23,453 nucleotides of DNA from Fonticula alba ATCC 38817 (taxonomy: Eukaryota > Protista > Nucleariida): the NCBI GenBank assembly GCA_000388065.2, contig KB932206.1, one strand, 5' to 3'. This document shows positions 1 through 23,453 of this stretch, one piece after another. Position numbers and translations under genes: made by a program. Positions within the stretch are counted from its first letter, which is position 1; each line of letters starts with the position of its first letter. Below the pieces are notes generated by a model. The model was not told the DNA's origin and searched no databases. It was given only the letters and a program-made list of their open reading frames with translations.

Positions 1-2507
<2,507 letters not shown>

Positions 2508-3011
2508 AAAGGCGGCATGGGCCAGCCCGGGGGCCTCACCCCTGCTTTGCTCAGGATCTAGACCCTCTGGAGCTTCGTTTCTCCCCTGCCCGCCCCCAAA
2601 TACATGCATCCCGCTCCGGGCGCACGACCCCCCCTCCTCCCCCCCCCTGGATCGCCCGGACAAGGCCACTGCCAACGCTCGCGACCTCAAGGGGTAGGGG
2701 GCTCTTTCCCACCAGCCGCGAATGGCAACCAATAATCGCGCTGGCCGCCACCTGGGGTGCTCTTTTGCCCCTGCCCTGTGTCTTTCCCCCGTGTGTCTCT
2801 GCCTGTCTCGCTGTCTCCCTCTCTTCTGGACCAGGGTGGAAGCATGAGAGCGCCCCGCCCGGTTGGGTGAGAGGCATCCAACAGCACTCAATGTGGACGC
2901 CTCCTCCGCCGGCCCGTGGTCCCCCGCCCCCCGCCCGCCCCACAGCCCAGGTGCAACTCCATCTTCGGCCCCCGTGTTTCTCCCTGGAGCGGGGCCCGAG
3001 CGGCGCGCATG

Positions 3012-3453
3012 NNNNNNNNNNNNNNNNNNNNNNNNNNNNNNNNNNNNNNNNNNNNNNNNNNNNNNNNNNNNNNNNNNNNNNNNNNNNNNNNNNNNNNNNN
3101 NNNNNNNNNNNNNNNNNNNNNNNNNNNNNNNNNNNNNNNNNNNNNNNNNNNNNNNNNNNNNNNNNNNNNNNNNNNNNNNNNNNNNNNNNNNNNNNNNNNN
3201 NNNNNNNNNNNNNNNNNNNNNNNNNNNNNNNNNNNNNNNNNNNNNNNNNNNNNNNNNNNNNNNNNNNNNNNNNNNNNNNNNNNNNNNNNNNNNNNNNNNN
3301 NNNNNNNNNNNNNNNNNNNNNNNNNNNNNNNNNNNNNNNNNNNNNNNNNNNNNNNNNNNNNNNNNNNNNNNNNNNNNNNNNNNNNNNNNNNNNNNNNNNN
3401 NNNNNNNNNNNNNNNNNNNNNNNNNNNNNNNNNNNNNNNNNNNNNNNNNNNNN
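3012..3453. other. Assembly gap (442 N) in the cyclin C-BEACH intergenic region
   Basis: Run of N; the right flank starts with a C run. Confidence 0.99.
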
Positions 3454-3778
3454 CCCCCCGGACGTGGTGTGTCCGGGGGCAGGCCTCGTTCCCCCCAGGC
3501 CGGGAAGAGGGGGGGGGGGGGAGATTTTTCTCGTTCGGTCCATCGGCTTCGGTCCGCTCACCAGAGGGGGCCAGTATCCTCCTCACTCCTTGCCTTTCTC
3601 TCCTGCTCTCGATCGCACAAACCGGAGGTGATCTCTGTTCGGCGTCCCCCCCCCCCTCGCTCTGGCGCCAGCCGTGTTGCCCTTTCGCTCCCCCTCCTCT
3701 TGTGTTCTTGCGCCCTTTTCGCCTGCTGCCTTGCCTTCGTGTTTCCGCGCGCGTGCGCGTGAGTGTGTGTCTGCGTGA

Positions 3779-21258
<17,480 letters not shown>

Positions 21259-21416
21259 GAGGCCCACCATGGCAACAGACCATGCTCCACAGCGGAGGGG
21301 GGGCCATGCTGGCCCATGTCAACATGCGCAATACATGCATCACTTGTGCATCCTTCTGCGGGCCTCGGCCGTGAAAATGGAGTCATCCGGCGGGGAGGCG
21401 CGCGCACACACACACG

Positions 21417-21450
21417 TTTATATATATATATATGCACATAATGTTTATTC
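21417..21450 (+). terminator. Candidate 3'-end formation (TA)n element of the BEACH gene
   Basis: TTTATATATATATATATGCACATAATGTTTATT about 160 nt after the stop. It is one of very few AT-rich islands in the window and resembles the yeast-type TATATA efficiency element. Function is inferred. Confidence 0.4.
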
Positions 21451-22140
21451 ATCTTTGCACCTTCACGCACACACACACACACATACATACATGTCATGTA
21501 CACCTGCCGCCCAATCGCCGACACTGGTCCGCGTGAAGACGCACATTCAGAGGGCACCACTTGGGGATGTATTGCTGAGCTTATATGCTACAAAGAAAAA
21601 GGCTGCTTGGAAAGGGGGAGCGGGGAGGGAGGGTATTTGGGAAATGAGGGAAGAAGCCGCTCCAGGGAGGGGGGGGGAGGAGGGAGGGGGCAGACACGCG
21701 CGTGCGGCCAAATCCCGGAGAAGGACAGGTCGAGGGGCAAACACGGAACACGGACCGGAGGGGGGAGGAAAAGACAGGGGACAGACAAGTACACAAGGAT
21801 GGGTGCACCCCACCGGGCCTCCAGCGGCTCAGAGCGCGGGTAGCCGTGAGGATCGCCCTCTCTCTCTTTCTCTCTCTCTCTCTCTGCGTGTGCGTGCGGA
21901 CGCGTGGGTGGGTGGGTGGTGCTAAGGGAGGAGGGCGTCATGGCAGATTGGCACATGCGCTGGTGTGGCGATATGCCTGGGATGAGCGAATTCCAACAGT
22001 GAGAGGGACGCGCCTCCTGCTTTATTGGCAGGGCACCCACTCTTCTGCTGGCATGAGCATGCGCGCACCAAGGGGCACAATCCCTCGGAGACGACAGCCG
22101 CACCGACGGTGATGGTAGTGCACATATGCGTACATACATG

Positions 22141-22175
22141 CACACACGCACACGCACACACGCACACACACACAC

Positions 22176-22226
<51 letters not shown>
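22141..22226 (+). repeat. (CA)n microsatellite; pure (CA)23 at 22181-22226
   Basis: Read directly; lies about 40 nt past the zinc-finger stop, where it reads (TG)n on that gene's sense strand. Confidence 0.95.
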
Positions 22227-22227
<1 letters not shown>

Positions 22228-22243
22228 TTATATATATATGCAC
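22227..22243 (-). terminator. Candidate 3'-end formation element of the zinc-finger gene
   Basis: Minus strand reads GTGCATATATATATAAA followed by (TG)n, about 25 nt after the stop. Function is inferred. Confidence 0.4.
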
Positions 22244-22268
22244 CAAGAGAAGAATCCCGGCTGGACTT

Positions 22269-23368
22269 CTAATTTAGGAGGCTGGGGATGGCAACGCGCG
22301 GGTCGTCGCAACCGAGCAGGGCAGCAGCAGGGGTGAGGTGGTCAGTCGCGTGCGGGGAGCTAGCGCTGCTGCCGCCGCCGCCCGGCGGCCCCGTCGACGA
22401 GGTAAACTGGGCCAATGCCCGGGCGGCCGCGAAAGTGGCATCCATACCTGATCCACTGCCAACCTGCTGTTGAGGGGGAAGGCCTGAAGCCGCCGTGGGC
22501 AGTCGACCACCGCCGACTTCGGTCACGGCCCCGGCCCCGGCTGGCAGGATGCCAGTCGGCGTCGAGGGGGAGGTGGTCGAGGAGGTGGTCGCCGAAGCGA
22601 GGCGCGCCGCGAGGGAGGCCGTGTTGATGGCCAGATGCGATCCGCCACCACCGGCATTGGGTAGGACACCCCCCAGTGGCGGGGGGAGTGGCAACTCGAC
22701 GCCCGGGTTGAGCAGCGCACTGCCCCCCGCGTGAACATGCGCCGGCTGCGCCGGCTGCGACTGCGAGTGCGGGAAGTGCTGCACTTGCGGGTGCGGGTAG
22801 TGCAGCGGGCCGCCGGTGGCCGGCATGGGTGCCGAGACACCGGGCCCCGGGGCGGCCGACGGCGGCGGGCTCGGCGACGCGTCGCTCGAGGAGTCAATGT
22901 CCGGCGTGCTGGACATGGAGGACTTGTCCGGGCCACCAGCCCCACCGCCACCCGGCAGGGGGTCGGTATGCGTCCGGGCATGCTCCTCGAGCTGGGCCGC
23001 CTCGCGGAAGCGCCGCCGGCAGCCCCGCCGGGGGCACATGTGCGGCGACGGGCCGGAGTGCATCTGCGCATGGCGCTTCAGATGCCCACTCTGGCTGAAG
23101 GGCTTGCCGCAGCGAGGCCACCGGCAAACGAAGGGCCGTTCGCCGGTATGGACCCGCCGGTGGCGGTTGAGATCCTGCGTCCGGGCAAACACCTTGCCAC
23201 ACGTCGGGCAGGATTGCTTGCTCGGAGTGCCGGTTTTGGAGGGGGTCATGCTGCCGGCCGCAGAGGCCGCGCCCAGCGGGGACATGCCCACCACCCCGGC
23301 AGGGGGGCCGCCGGGTCCGGCTAGCATCGCCCGCGCGCCCATGCCGCTCGTCTTGCTGGGAGTCGTCA
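22269..23368 (-). CDS. C2H2 zinc-finger transcription factor, terminal exon (5'-partial), three fingers at 22968-23210
   Basis: [81 protein letters not shown]. Stop TAG at 22269-22271 on the minus strand. The ORF-track 'start' at 23369 is a GTG overlapping an acceptor (minus strand ...CCTGAC...TTTGGCCCCACAG|TG), so upstream exons lie beyond the window. Confidence 0.92.
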
Positions 23369-23453
23369 CTGTGGGGCCAAATGCACAAGGTCAGGACACC
23401 GTGGGCGAGGGCATGCCGATGAAGAGACCCACAGACGGGAGCCGGGGGGGGGG

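Noticed and set aside
2508-3778. Small gene or defined promoter between cyclin C and BEACH (ORFs spanning the gap; CCAAT near 2729)
   Set aside because: The ORFs are open only because N bases hide stops, and a single CCAAT is not evidence. The 442-N gap means hidden content cannot be excluded.
21588-22336. VCVCVC and THTHTH ORFs (also 5984-6236)
   Set aside because: Translations of CA/TG microsatellites in non-coding DNA.
23367-23369. GTG start for the zinc-finger ORF
   Set aside because: It overlaps a CAG acceptor preceded by a branch motif and a C-rich tract on the minus strand; the gene continues outside the window.

Overview
GC-rich, intron-rich eukaryotic genomic DNA from a draft assembly, with two N gaps (3012-3453 and 4451-4527). 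No prokaryotic operon, CRISPR array, RNA gene or transposon was recognisable. Hand-splicing (GT..AG, phase checked at every junction) gives three genes. (1) The 3' part of a cyclin C gene (+, 5 exons seen, ends 2507) with an unusual C-terminal extension of about 450 aa that includes an uninterrupted Q42 run. (2) A giant 20-exon BEACH-family gene (+, 3779-21258, about 4767 aa): long N-terminal arm, probable ConA-like region, PH, BEACH, then divergent WD40-like repeats, with no FYVE. (3) The last exon of a three-finger C2H2 zinc-finger gene (-, 22269-23368), convergent with the BEACH gene. The most interesting signals are a shifted 5' splice-site code (all 23 inferred donors have C or T at +4, none has A), the polyQ-tailed cyclin C, a long open frame that hides the real PH-domain exon, and CDK-site and corepressor-like motifs in the zinc-finger protein. 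The style (high GC, C-rich 74-225 nt introns, Ala/Gly/Pro-rich inserts) would fit a unicellular opisthokont such as Fonticula, but that is an unverified impression. All exon models are manual predictions without transcript data, and I cannot claim a proven new system.
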